Shown piece by piece: positions 50,193 through 60,295 of a stretch of DNA of 64,000 nt. Made by a program: the position numbers and the translations under genes. Below the pieces are notes generated by a model. The model was not told where the DNA came from, ran no database searches, and saw only the letters and a list, made by a program, of their open reading frames with translations. Every line of letters starts with the position of its first letter. Position 1 is the stretch's first letter. Location of the stretch: positions 26,306 to 90,305 of the forward strand of contig JBKBWZ010000003.1 of assembly GCA_046314385.1 (NCBI GenBank), in the 5' to 3' direction. The DNA comes from Alphaproteobacteria bacterium (GTDB taxonomy: Bacteria > Pseudomonadota > Alphaproteobacteria > Micavibrionales > UBA2020).

Positions 50193-51017
50193 TTATTTAG
50201 ATTTATTACTCGGGGGCGACGGCGCGCTTGGCGCGCTTGGCGCATTCGCCTTGAGGGTATTGGTGTTACGATCAACGAAAACATCATTGGTCTGGTTGGC
50301 CTGCTGGGCGAGGAAGCTTTGCCCTTTGCCGACCTCCATCTGCCGCTGCTGATCGGGCGTAAGTCTGGCAACTTGTCTTTCTGCATCATCATCACCGCGC
50401 CCCAGACGTTCGGTAAGGCTTTGCAGACTGGGGGTGTTGATGTTCTCTTGTGCCGTTTGGATGTTGTTGAGGATTTTCTTGAGAACGGTACCAATATAAG
50501 CAGCAACTGCCGTCAGCGCTCCCACAAACTTGCTGGGAACAGACATGCCCACCGGCGCGTGGCTTGTCAGGGAACTTCCTGCAATATTCGCCCTCTCGAC
50601 AACATCCGCCTTGCTCGCTCTGCCTCTAGCGAGCTTGCCCATTTCACGTTTTTTCTCGTTGATCGCTGCCTTGTCATCGAAATACCCGTTGCTGGGCATA
50701 AAGCGGCTATCTCTGGAGCGTCCAAGATCTCCCGTAATGCCGCCACCGGGGCTGCGGGCCTGATCCCATACCGTTGCGGCGGATTTTATAGCCACCGTGT
50801 ATTTCGAGCCCGACACAACCGCATCGGCGCCCACATAATCCAGTGCGGAGTCCTTTCGTCCGCCGCCTGTCGGCATAGTTCCGACCTGCTTCATCGCGTC
50901 CGGATCACCCTGCTTCAGCTGCTCGGCAAGATTGCTATATTTTAGAACAGCCGCCTGATTGTCGAAGTTTTGTGTATTGGCGACGCCTTGCTCGCTCTGT
51001 ACCGTATCGACGCTCAT
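50193..51017 (-). CDS. Hypothetical protein
   Basis: AAGGAG RBS; 274-aa ORF with one hydrophobic helix and an APSAPSAPSPP tail. Confidence 0.75.
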   Translation of the reverse strand: MSVDTVQSEQGVANTQNFDNQAAVLKYSNLAEQLKQGDPDAMKQVGTMPTGGGRKDSALDYVGADAVVSGSKYTVAIKSAATVWDQARSPGGGITGDLGRSRDSRFMPSNGYFDDKAAINEKKREMGKLARGRASKADVVERANIAGSSLTSHAPVGMSVPSKFVGALTAVAAYIGTVLKKILNNIQTAQENINTPSLQSLTERLGRGDDDAERQVARLTPDQQRQMEVGKGQSFLAQQANQTNDVFVDRNTNTLKANAPSAPSAPSPPSNKSK

Positions 51018-51211
51018 CCGTAATCTCCTTCAATACACCGCCTTAGCGGCGCACGGGTTCCCTGTGCTCTTCATGTCGAAGGCCTTCAGTATTAAGCTAT
51101 CTTAACACAGATAACGTATTATCGACAATGCAAACCGGCAAATATGCGCTTAAGCATATGATTTTAATACATATATTATAAGTATGCGGGCGCGGGCGAA
51201 TCTGTTTGGTC

Positions 51212-52741
51212 TCAGGCCGCCAGCGCCATCGGGCCGCGCATGCGGCGGTATGACAGTGCCTCGGCCACCTGCGGGACATCGACCATTTCCTGCCCGCCCA
51301 GATCGGCGATGGTGCGCGCCACCCGCAAAACACGGTGCCAGCCGCGTGCTGACAGTTTCATTTTCTCCGCCGCTTCGGTGAGCAGTTTGAGCGCGGCAGG
51401 CGTCAGCGGCGCAATCTGCGTGAGCAGATCGCCGTCCGCTTCGGCATTTGTCAGTAAGTGCCCTGCGCCCAAGGCTTCGAAGCGTTCCTGTTGGCGGGCG
51501 CGGGCCGCATCGACACGCAGCGCGACATGCGCCGATGTTTCGCGCGGCGGCGGCAGCGCCAGATCGGCCGCACTGACCGCAGGCACATCTATATGAATGT
51601 CGATACGGTCAAAAACAGGGCCGGAAATTTTGGCCTGATAATCTGCCATGCATTTCGGCATGCGTCCGCATCCCAGCGCCGGATCACCGGCATGGCCGCA
51701 GCGGCAGGGGTTCATCGCCGCGACCAGTTGGAAATGCGCCGGAAACGTCACATGATAGTTTGCGCGGCTAACGAGCGCGCGGCGCGTTTCAATCGGCTGG
51801 CGCAGTGCCTCCAGCGTCTGGCGGTTAAATTCGGGCAGTTCATCCAGAAACAAAACACCATGATGCGCAAGCGAGATTTCCCCCGGCTTCGCGCGCAAAC
51901 CGCCGCCGATAATGGCGGGCGTGGATGCCGAATGGTGCGGGTCGCGGAACGGGCGTTCGGTCACCAGCTTGCCGCCTTCCAGCGCACCGGCGATGGAATG
52001 GATCATCGACAGCTCCAGCGCTTCGCGCGGCGACAGCGGCGGCAAAATACCCGGCAGCCGCGCCGCCAGCATCGATTTGCCGGAGCCGGGCGGCCCGACC
52101 ATCAGCATATTGTGACCACCCGCCGCCGCAACTTCGAGCGCGCGTTTGGCGCTTTCCTGTCCTTTGACATCGGCAAGATCCAAACGCGCCGGATTGGCGC
52201 TGGCCATCACTGCTTCCGGCCGCGTCAGCACCTGCGTGCCTTTCATGTGGTTGAGCAGCGCAACGAGGTTATCGGGCGCCAGCACATCCAGATCGCCCGC
52301 CCAGACCGCTTCGCCGCCGCAATCCTTCGGACAGATGATGCCGTGGTTTTGCGCCGATGCCGCAATCGCGGCGGGTAAAACGCCCGATACCGCGCGCAGC
52401 GAACCGTCGAGAGACAACTCGCCGAGCGCCAGATAATGCGACAGCTCTTCGCCCGGAAAAACCCCCATGGCGGCCAAAACGCCAAGCGCGATGGGCAAAT
52501 CGAAATGGCTGCCTTCCTTGAGGACATCTGCGGGCGCAAGGTTGACGGTGACGCGTTTGGCGGGCAGCGCAAGGCCGATGGCATGCAGGGCGGCGCGCAC
52601 CCGCTCCCGACTTTCGCCCACCGCCTTGTCAGGCAGGCCGACGATGCCAAAGGCAGGCAGCCCCTGCGTGATCTGCACTTCGACATCGATATCGAGCACT
52701 TCGACGCCCTGAAAGGCGACCGTCTTCACGCGATGGACCAT
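51212..52741 (-). CDS. comM: ComM/YifB family AAA+ ATPase
   Basis: VGLPDKAV.ESRER, NLAPAD..KEGSHFDL, GPPGSGKSM and FLDELPEF motifs. Confidence 0.95.
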   Translation of the reverse strand: MVHRVKTVAFQGVEVLDIDVEVQITQGLPAFGIVGLPDKAVGESRERVRAALHAIGLALPAKRVTVNLAPADVLKEGSHFDLPIALGVLAAMGVFPGEELSHYLALGELSLDGSLRAVSGVLPAAIAASAQNHGIICPKDCGGEAVWAGDLDVLAPDNLVALLNHMKGTQVLTRPEAVMASANPARLDLADVKGQESAKRALEVAAAGGHNMLMVGPPGSGKSMLAARLPGILPPLSPREALELSMIHSIAGALEGGKLVTERPFRDPHHSASTPAIIGGGLRAKPGEISLAHHGVLFLDELPEFNRQTLEALRQPIETRRALVSRANYHVTFPAHFQLVAAMNPCRCGHAGDPALGCGRMPKCMADYQAKISGPVFDRIDIHIDVPAVSAADLALPPPRETSAHVALRVDAARARQQERFEALGAGHLLTNAEADGDLLTQIAPLTPAALKLLTEAAEKMKLSARGWHRVLRVARTIADLGGQEMVDVPQVAEALSYRRMRGPMALAA

Positions 52742-52780
52742 ACTGAAATAACCTTGGCAAAATGATTTTCTTCTTTTTTT

Positions 52781-52795
52781 GTACCCTAAATGTTC
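52781..52795 (-). promoter_or_regulatory. LexA (SOS) box upstream of comM
   Basis: Minus strand GAAC-ATTTAGG-GTAC, a known GAAC-N7-GTAC variant; a third half-site (CTTC at 52770) lies 7 bp further on. Confidence 0.75.
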
Positions 52796-52872
52796 CGTTT
52801 GGTAAAGTAATATTATTACAATATGTCGTTATGTCTTGACACAAAACACCAGCTGTCTAGTCTTTACGCATT

Positions 52873-53589
52873 ATGTTCAAACACATGAAAGAATCAAAAG
52901 CCGCGCAGGCAATCGGTGCGGGATTGCGCAAAGCCGTGAGCCGCAAGGCGCCTGTATGGCTGAAGGCCTGCCGCACGCTTTTGCTGACCGCCGCCACGCT
53001 GGTGGGGGTTGATCAGGTGGCGCTGCCCAACCTGCCCGGCCGCGCCCTGACCGAAGGCGAGACGGTGATGCTGCGCGAGGTCTTCCGCGATTCCGTCGAT
53101 TACAGCAAGGTGCGCATCCATCATTCCAATACCGCCACGCGCTGGCTGGATGTGCAGGGCGCCGAGGGCGTCACGCATAAAAACGTCATCATCATGAGAA
53201 ACAACAAATGCAGTGACGATTACAGCCAATGCGACAGCGGTTATCAACGATACGTGTTGATGCACGAAGCAGCACATGTCTGGCAGGGACAAAACGGGTT
53301 GATGCCCGGCCCGTTGAAACTGGCGTTTGAAAATTACAGCCGTCTATTGCCCGGCAACAAGTACCACGAACATTACGAATATACCCTGACGGCCGACAAG
53401 CCGCTGACCGCCTATAACGTAGAGCAGCAGGCCAGTATCATCACCGATTATCACATGTATGTGAAGAACGGGGAGAGCAGCGGGCTTTTCCACGCCGCCG
53501 AAGATCAGAAGCGCTTCGCCGAAGAAAAAGCGGCCTATGAAAGAACCCTGCAGACATTTCACAAAAACCCGTCGGCTTTACGCAGATAA
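52873..53589 (+). CDS. HExxH zincin-like protein (DUF4157/Vgr-Rhs-associated type) with an N-terminal hydrophobic anchor
   Basis: RALTEGE....VF.DSVDYSKVRI, MHEAAHVWQ and YNVEQQA motifs. Confidence 0.75.
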   Translation: MFKHMKESKAAQAIGAGLRKAVSRKAPVWLKACRTLLLTAATLVGVDQVALPNLPGRALTEGETVMLREVFRDSVDYSKVRIHHSNTATRWLDVQGAEGVTHKNVIIMRNNKCSDDYSQCDSGYQRYVLMHEAAHVWQGQNGLMPGPLKLAFENYSRLLPGNKYHEHYEYTLTADKPLTAYNVEQQASIITDYHMYVKNGESSGLFHAAEDQKRFAEEKAAYERTLQTFHKNPSALRR

Positions 53590-53664
53590 GGCGCTGAAAA
53601 ATATAACGGTTTCGGAATAAAACCGCGCCCTATCGTATGCCGCAGACATATGCTATGAGAAAAC

Positions 53665-54222
53665 ATGTCTCAGAAAGTAAAAAAACAGACCTATGCGGCG
53701 TTTATCGTGCCGGACAAAAGCGCGCCGCAAAAAGGCATCGCCGTACCCTTTGCGGTTGAAAGCCGCAACCTCGGCGATCTGGATGTGCCCGCTGCGGCCT
53801 GCGCATTTTATTTTTACGATGCCCCCGCCGGCCTGACACCCGCCGAAAGCCTTTTGCAGCAGGAAAAAATATCCAAAGTCTATCTGCTGGCGCATGAAAC
53901 GCTGAACCGTACGGATGTCAAAAAACTGGTTGCGGGCGATCAGTTTGAAAATTTTTCAAACCGCATGCAGTGGGACCCGCGCATAGACGCGCACGATGTC
54001 TTTATCCTCACCCGCAGCAATGCCATACAGCCGGTTACCGACCGCCATATCGTCATCAATGCGCGGCGGGAGCAAATTTATCCTGCCGTGAGCGCGCCAA
54101 AACCCACCTATAACGCGCAGGACATCACCGAAGTATTCAACCCCATGCTGCAAAAAGATGTGCTGGTGCCTAAATTGGGCGCGGTGCGCCGCCGGCCGCC
54201 CACGCCGCCACCTGCGCCCTGA
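53665..54222 (+). CDS. Hypothetical protein, tandem paralog A
   Basis: LDVP.AA.AFYFYD and TR....PV....IVIN...E..YP shared with the next ORF. Confidence 0.8.
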   Translation: MSQKVKKQTYAAFIVPDKSAPQKGIAVPFAVESRNLGDLDVPAAACAFYFYDAPAGLTPAESLLQQEKISKVYLLAHETLNRTDVKKLVAGDQFENFSNRMQWDPRIDAHDVFILTRSNAIQPVTDRHIVINARREQIYPAVSAPKPTYNAQDITEVFNPMLQKDVLVPKLGAVRRRPPTPPPAP

Positions 54223-54233
54223 ATCGAAGCACC

Positions 54234-54764
54234 ATGAAACAGCTGAGAACCTTTGTTGAATATATCGTGCCGCATAAAAAAATTCCGGCGGGCAGCGCGA
54301 TTGTGCATGAGGTGCAGGACCGCGATATCCGCAAACTGGATATTCCGCCGAATGCGGTGGAATTTTATTTTTTCGACAGCCCGACGGACAGCAAAGACCC
54401 CTATGACGCGCAGAACGACCAGCAGAACTGTTCGGCTTTCTACATCGTCGCGGCACGGGTGATCACGGCGGAGGAAGCAAAAAAACTGCGCAAAAAACCG
54501 CGCCCGCCGCGCGGCAAGGACGCCAACAAAATCGTCGCCCTCGGCAAAACATCGGCAGAACTGCAAGAATCTTTCTGGCAGGTCAGCCTGCGGCAGTACA
54601 GCCATTTCGCCGTCACGCGGCAGGGGAAAGTCAAACCGGTGCGCAAAGACAATATCGTCATCAATGATCGCTGCGAAGAGCTTTACCCGCACCCGCCCGT
54701 CACCAAAACCGAACGGGATATTACACCGCTGAAACTGCCCGCCATACGCCGCCGCAAAACCTAA
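54234..54764 (+). CDS. Hypothetical protein, tandem paralog B
   Basis: LDIPPNAVEFYFFD and TRQGKVKPV...IVIND..EELYP. Confidence 0.8.
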   Translation: MKQLRTFVEYIVPHKKIPAGSAIVHEVQDRDIRKLDIPPNAVEFYFFDSPTDSKDPYDAQNDQQNCSAFYIVAARVITAEEAKKLRKKPRPPRGKDANKIVALGKTSAELQESFWQVSLRQYSHFAVTRQGKVKPVRKDNIVINDRCEELYPHPPVTKTERDITPLKLPAIRRRKT

Positions 54765-54769
54765 GCGGT

Positions 54770-55036
54770 TCAGCGGCTTTCGAGCGCGCCAAACATTTCA
54801 CGCGTAGGCGAAACCAGAGCGAGATAAATAATATAAATGGCGCCCAGCACGAAAAACCCGAAGAGTGCGGCGAGAAACCAGAAAAACAAAGGCTGCTTGC
54901 GGCGATCGGCAAAAGAAGTGCTATCACTGTGCGGCATTTTACCGGTTTTAAAACCGCGCCAAAGCGTGCCGATCATCTGCATGGCAAAGCTGCCGCAAAT
55001 TGCCAGGGCCGCCAGCAACCGCAGCAAATAGAACAC
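54770..55036 (-). CDS. Small two-TM membrane protein
   Basis: GTG start directly after the hemA stop; RRKQPLFFW motif between TM segments. Confidence 0.65.
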   Translation of the reverse strand: MFYLLRLLAALAICGSFAMQMIGTLWRGFKTGKMPHSDSTSFADRRKQPLFFWFLAALFGFFVLGAIYIIYLALVSPTREMFGALESR

Positions 55037-55037
55037 C

Positions 55038-56306
55038 CTATGCCGCCTTACGCAGACTAAGCCCGACCCAAACGTCCAAAAGGGCGTCGCGCAGCGCGTA
55101 CATATCCTGATCGCTGTGCAGCGGCGTCGGCGTCAGGCGCAGGCGTTCGGTGCCGCGCGGCACGGTCGGGTAATTGATCGGCTGCACATAGATGCCATGA
55201 CGCGCCAAAAGGTCGTCGCTGGCTTTTTTGCACAGGCGCGCATCGCCCACCATCACCGGCACGATATGGCTGACCGACGGCAAAACCGGCAGCCCCGCAT
55301 CGCCGAGGATTTTCTTCAGCGTCGCCGCACGTTCCTGATGCCGCGCACGTTCTGCCTGCGACGATTTCAGATGCTGTACGCTGGCCAGCGCACCTGCAAG
55401 CAAAGCCGGCGGCAGCGCGGTTGTAAAAATAAAGCTGGAGGCGTAGGAACGCACGCAATCGACAATGGCGCGGCTGGCGGCAATATACCCGCCCATCACG
55501 CCAAAAGCCTTGCCGAGCGTGCCTTCGATGATATCAAGGCGGTGCATGACGCCATCGCGCTCGGCCACGCCGGCGCCGCGTGCGCCATACATGCCCACAG
55601 CATGCACTTCGTCGAGATAGGTGAGCGCGCCATATTTTTCGGCCAGATCGCAAATAGCGCTGATCGGCGCAATATCGCCATCCATCGAATAGACCGATTC
55701 AAAGGCGATGATTTTCGGGCGGCAGCGTTCAACCGATTGCAGCAGCTGTTCGAGATGCTCCAGATCATTATGACGGAAGATATATTTTTCGCAGCCCGAA
55801 GCACGGATGCCCTGAATCATCGATGCGTGGTTCAGCGCATCGGAAAAAATCACGCAGTCCGGCAAAAGTCTGGCGATGGTCGACAACGCCGCTTCGTTCG
55901 AAATATAGCCAGAGGTGAACAAAAGCCCCGCCTCTTTGCCGTGCAGATCGGCAAGCTCTTCTTCCAGCATGACATGATAATGCGTATTGCCGGAAATATT
56001 GCGCGTGCCGCCCGCACCGGCGCCGGTTTTTTGCGCGGCATCGCACATGGCGGCGATCACATCGGGGTGCTGGCCCATGCCGAGATAATCATTGCTGCAC
56101 CAGATGGTGATTTCACGCTCTGCGCCTTCGGCATCGCGGTGGATGGCTTTGGGGAAGCGCCCGACCTGACGTTCGATATCGGCAAAAACGCGGTAACGGC
56201 CTTCCTTGTGCAAATCGTCGAGACGATGCTTGAAAAAGCTGTTGTAAAATTCCAGCGCGGTCGCACGAGGGCGGTTTTTAAAGTCAGGAAGCTTGGTCAG
56301 CGTCAT
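55038..56306 (-). CDS. hemA: 5-aminolevulinate synthase
   Basis: [34 protein letters not shown] and PINYPTV motifs. Confidence 0.97.
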   Translation of the reverse strand: MTLTKLPDFKNRPRATALEFYNSFFKHRLDDLHKEGRYRVFADIERQVGRFPKAIHRDAEGAEREITIWCSNDYLGMGQHPDVIAAMCDAAQKTGAGAGGTRNISGNTHYHVMLEEELADLHGKEAGLLFTSGYISNEAALSTIARLLPDCVIFSDALNHASMIQGIRASGCEKYIFRHNDLEHLEQLLQSVERCRPKIIAFESVYSMDGDIAPISAICDLAEKYGALTYLDEVHAVGMYGARGAGVAERDGVMHRLDIIEGTLGKAFGVMGGYIAASRAIVDCVRSYASSFIFTTALPPALLAGALASVQHLKSSQAERARHQERAATLKKILGDAGLPVLPSVSHIVPVMVGDARLCKKASDDLLARHGIYVQPINYPTVPRGTERLRLTPTPLHSDQDMYALRDALLDVWVGLSLRKAA

Positions 56307-56578
56307 GGCGGTTCTGCCTTGTTGTTCTTGTGCTTTTCAGGCTGTTTTAGATGTACACGCCAGACCGCCCGCATGCAATATAATTAGACATAAGGGACTC
56401 GTTTAGTACCTGTTTGTATTCATAAATTCAGTGGATATATGCCGCCCTCTGCCCGGGTGCCGCATATCCCCTTATACGGCGGGCAGAATTTATATAGACC
56501 GCCCCGCGCCTTGCGCATAAGCTTGTAATAAGGGGTTTTTTCAGGGCCCCTTGCCAGCGTCTGCGGGGGATTTTGAGA

Positions 56579-57505
56579 ATGATTATTGTTTTCGGTTCAT
56601 TGAATATCGATATCGTCATGCCGGTCGGGCATTTTCCCCAACCGGGCGAAACCGTTTTGTGCAGCGCGGATTATCTCAGCCGCCCCGGCGGCAAAGGCTC
56701 CAATCAGGCTGTGGCCGCCGCGCGGGCGGGTGCCAAGGTCGCTTTTGTCGGCAAGGTGGGGGATGATTCCTTTGGCCGCCGCTGCATCAATAATCTCAAA
56801 AGCCACGGCATCTGGGCGGCAGGTATTGGCGTGTCGGAACGTCCGACAGGCTGCGCCACCATCGCCGTGGATGCGCAGGGTGCGAATATCGTTATGGTCG
56901 CGCCGGGCGCCAATCTGGACGCCACCGCCGATCAGGTACCGGACGAAGTGCTGGGCGAAAAAAATATTTTGCTGACACAAATGGAAGTAACACCGGCAGA
57001 AACCCTTTCCGTCCTTGCGCGCGCGCAGGAGCTGGGCGCGACAACCGTTTTAAATGCCGCCCCCGTGGCACATCTGCCCGAAGAGGCACTGGCACATATT
57101 GACTATCTGATCGTCAACGAAATCGAAGCGATGCAGCTGGCGCAGGGTTTTGGCATCACCGCCACAGATGCGCAGCAGATTGCTGCGGCCATCGCCAAAA
57201 AAGGCAACCTGACATTTATCATCACGCTGGAATCCAAAGGCTCCATCGCGGCGCGCGAAGGGGCGATTTACACCGTCGAAGCACTGGCCGTCGATGCCAT
57301 CGATACCACCGGCGCCGGCGATACGTTTTGCGGCATTTTTGCCGCCTGCCTACAAAAAAACATGCTTTGGCTGGAGGCCCTGCACCACGCCAGCATCGGC
57401 GCCAGCCTGTCGTGCCTTGCCATGGGGGCGCAAACCGAAACCCCGACGCTGGAAGACATCACGGCGCAACTCGAAAACGTCCCCGCCCCCCAGAAAATCG
57501 CCTAG
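56579..57505 (+). CDS. rbsK: Ribokinase (PfkB family)
   Basis: GSLNID, GGKGSNQA, NEIEA and DTTGAGDTF motifs. Confidence 0.93.
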   Translation: MIIVFGSLNIDIVMPVGHFPQPGETVLCSADYLSRPGGKGSNQAVAAARAGAKVAFVGKVGDDSFGRRCINNLKSHGIWAAGIGVSERPTGCATIAVDAQGANIVMVAPGANLDATADQVPDEVLGEKNILLTQMEVTPAETLSVLARAQELGATTVLNAAPVAHLPEEALAHIDYLIVNEIEAMQLAQGFGITATDAQQIAAAIAKKGNLTFIITLESKGSIAAREGAIYTVEALAVDAIDTTGAGDTFCGIFAACLQKNMLWLEALHHASIGASLSCLAMGAQTETPTLEDITAQLENVPAPQKIA

Positions 57506-57509
57506 GATA

Positions 57510-58751
57510 CTACTCCGCTGTTTTGGCGGGTGGCATATCGGGACGCCATAAAACCGTTTCCGGCAAGGTCACGCCGCGCGGCAGCAAGAGCCAGGCGTAG
57601 CCCCGGCTTTTCATCAGGCCTGCTTTGTGCGCGGCTTCTTCGCCCGCGCCCCAGAAATAATCACCCCGCACCGCGCCGCGAATGGCCCCGCCGGTGTCCT
57701 GTGCGATCATCAGCTGCGACAGACGCCCCGCGCCTTCCGGCTCTGGCACATCGACAAAAACCGGCGCGCCATAGGGAATGCGGCGGCGGTCAACAGCCAG
57801 GCTGCGGTGCGGCGTCAGCACAACGCCTTCGGCACCGAGCGGCCCGGCGTCCGTCAGCCGCTGAAAAAAGATAAAAGACGGATTGGCGTTCATCAGATCC
57901 TGCGCGTCATCGGGGTTTTGCTCCAGCCAGACGCGTATCGACTGCATCGAAACGTCTTCTCTGGCCATCGCGCCGCGCGCAATCAACTCGCGGCCGATTG
58001 CCACGTATTTATGGCCGTTCTGTGCGGCATAGCCGATGCGGTCGATACTGCCGTCGGCATGCAGCACCTGACCCGACCCCTGAATATGCAGAAAAAACGC
58101 ATCGACCGGATCATCGACACGTGCCAGCACCTCGGCGCGGCCGATCAGTGCGCCGGCTTCAATTTCCGCACGCGTATGATAGGGCACCAGCTGTGTGCCC
58201 TTGACGCGGCCCGATATGGCCTCCCCCTTCAGCTCCGGCCTGAAATCGCCGAGGTTGACGGTGATCAGATCATCGGGGCGGGCGTAAAGCGGCGTTGCTT
58301 TTTCGTCATCGGGCGCAGCGGCGCGCAGCTGCGGTTCGTAATAACCGGTAAAAAGCCCTTCGCGCGTTTGCGGATGGCGCGGGTCTGCCCATATTTCATA
58401 GGGGGTAAACTGCGTTTCAAAAAACCCGCGCGCGGCGGCGGCGTCTTCGGGCAGGGTCAGGCACAGCGCCTGCCAGTCTTTCATGCTGCCCGCATAATCA
58501 ACCTGCGCAAAAAAGGGCGCATCGGCAGGACGGCGGGCAATGCGCGCACAAGATACGCGCAGTGTCTCCAGCGCGGCGGCATGGTTATCTGCCGCCCAGC
58601 CGGGCAAAGCGTCAAACGTGGCGGCACGCAGATAAAAACCATCTTCGGGGGGCGGCAGTTCGGCGGGTTGTTTTTTATCTTCGCAAGCAGCCAGCAGCAG
58701 AAACGCCGCCAGCGGCGCAAACAGGAAACGTCGGGTCAAAAACCTTGGCAT
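57510..58751 (-). CDS. mltA: Membrane-bound lytic murein transglycosylase A (lipoprotein)
   Basis: Lipobox LLAAC; FTGYYEP, IQGSG and AQDTGGAIRG..RGD motifs. Confidence 0.95.
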   Translation of the reverse strand: MPRFLTRRFLFAPLAAFLLLAACEDKKQPAELPPPEDGFYLRAATFDALPGWAADNHAAALETLRVSCARIARRPADAPFFAQVDYAGSMKDWQALCLTLPEDAAAARGFFETQFTPYEIWADPRHPQTREGLFTGYYEPQLRAAAPDDEKATPLYARPDDLITVNLGDFRPELKGEAISGRVKGTQLVPYHTRAEIEAGALIGRAEVLARVDDPVDAFFLHIQGSGQVLHADGSIDRIGYAAQNGHKYVAIGRELIARGAMAREDVSMQSIRVWLEQNPDDAQDLMNANPSFIFFQRLTDAGPLGAEGVVLTPHRSLAVDRRRIPYGAPVFVDVPEPEGAGRLSQLMIAQDTGGAIRGAVRGDYFWGAGEEAAHKAGLMKSRGYAWLLLPRGVTLPETVLWRPDMPPAKTAE

Positions 58752-58754
58752 GGG

Positions 58755-59456
58755 TTATTTTTCGGCCGCACGGGTTTCGATGAGCGTCCAGTTCGGATCT
58801 GCCGCACGCGTATCGCGCGTGAATGTCCAGATGTCTTCGACACTGAAAATTTTATCCGGATTGCCGTCAATAACATTGCCGCTGGCATCGCGCGTGACGG
58901 ATGTTTCTTCGACATCGAAATCGACCGTGACATAGGCCATGGTGCCGCCCAGATGCGCTTCGACGATACGCGCCGATTTGATGCGGTGGATTGTCAGCTC
59001 GTTGGTATGGCCGAGCGCTTCGCGGTTTTTGACACCGGCTGCAAAATCGGAAAACAATTTGGGGCTGAGCAGCGGGCGCAAGGTGTCCAGATCGCCGCGG
59101 CTATAGGCCAGCACGATCATTTCAAACGCGCCGCGCGCGCCCTGCATAAAACTGTTGATTTCAAAATAGCTGTCGACGGCAGCAATCTCCTGCAGGCCGG
59201 TTTCGATGCGTCCGTCAAGATTAAGCGCGGCGTCGATATGACGTTCGGCGCCCGCCAGCGGCACGACGTTTTCGCGCACCGGCTCGCCTTCGAGCAGTGC
59301 GCCTTCTACTTCTTCTGCAGCGGCTTTTTTCTCAAGCGCGGGATCGAACGGGTTGCGGCGCTGGCGCTCTTCGCCGTGGCGGCTGCCCAAAACCGCATTC
59401 AGGCGATAAATCAGAAACGCCGCGATGAGCGCAAAAATAAGAATGTCGATATACAC
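58755..59456 (-). CDS. Tim44/TimA family adaptor protein
   Basis: N-terminal TM segment, RL..VLG.R.G, GARGAFEMIV and DIWTF.R motifs; GTG start. Confidence 0.92.
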   Translation of the reverse strand: MYIDILIFALIAAFLIYRLNAVLGSRHGEERQRRNPFDPALEKKAAAEEVEGALLEGEPVRENVVPLAGAERHIDAALNLDGRIETGLQEIAAVDSYFEINSFMQGARGAFEMIVLAYSRGDLDTLRPLLSPKLFSDFAAGVKNREALGHTNELTIHRIKSARIVEAHLGGTMAYVTVDFDVEETSVTRDASGNVIDGNPDKIFSVEDIWTFTRDTRAADPNWTLIETRAAEK

Positions 59457-59678
59457 GCCGGCTATACCCCTATCTGAAAATGCCCTATACCCGCCGCAGC
59501 GGCAGGCGATGGATCTTGCATGCTTGCAGTCTATATTATAAGAATACGCCTATCCAGCGCCGGAGACGATAAAACAACGCGGCTAGACATAGTGTTTGCG
59601 TTTTGCAGCCTTAGACATAGTGCGTGCGCGCCCTGCCCGCAAGCCTCCGGAGTGTCATAATAATAACAAGTTGCTGAA

Positions 59679-60170
59679 ATGAATATCTTTCTTCTCCTTT
59701 TTATCCTCTTCCCTCTTTTTGAAATCGCCGGATTTGTGGTGATTGGCGGTGAAATCGGGCTGGGCAATACGCTGCTCTGGCTTATGGCCAGTGCCGGACT
59801 GGGTATTTGGGTTTTACGCGGGCAGGGTGATGTCTGGGCGCGCGTCCAAACCGTTGATGACGACCTTTTTGTGATCGAAGGCATGTTCGACGCGCTTTGC
59901 ATGCTGGCGGCGGGGCTTTTGCTGCTCTTTCCCGGTTTTATCAGCGATTTTATTGCCTTGCCGCTGCTGGTGCCGCCGCTGCGCCGCCTGATTTTCCGCC
60001 ACATCCAGAAGCGTCCGGATGGGTTTATCCGCCGCCATGCGCGCTTTAGCCATACCACCCGCCACGGCAGCACAGGCGCGGAGACCACGGTTATTGAAGC
60101 GGAATACAGTGAAATCGACCCGCCGCCGCCAAGCAGCGATGCCCCGCGCCTGCCGCCGCAAAATTCCTGA
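59679..60170 (+). CDS. fxsA: FxsA family membrane protein
   Basis: PLFEI and AGLLLLFPGFISD motifs; conserved position between tim44 and secB. Confidence 0.9.
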   Translation: MNIFLLLFILFPLFEIAGFVVIGGEIGLGNTLLWLMASAGLGIWVLRGQGDVWARVQTVDDDLFVIEGMFDALCMLAAGLLLLFPGFISDFIALPLLVPPLRRLIFRHIQKRPDGFIRRHARFSHTTRHGSTGAETTVIEAEYSEIDPPPPSSDAPRLPPQNS

Positions 60171-60295
60171 CCCGCGCACCCCCCTTATGAAAAGGGATTC
60201 GCCCTTGCGCCCTGTGCAGTGGAATGCTACCCCTGAAAGGCCTGTTATGTAACGAAAGCGCGGCATTGACGCCGCCCGAGAAGAGGATGACAACC

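Noticed and set aside
51092-51106. CtrA box candidate TTAA-GCTATC-TTAAC
   Set aside because: Spacer is 6 nt rather than the canonical 7, so it is not called as a site.
56307-56578. Iron-responsive (Irr) or DnaA boxes in the hemA-rbsK spacer
   Set aside because: Only weak partial matches in AT-rich promoter DNA.
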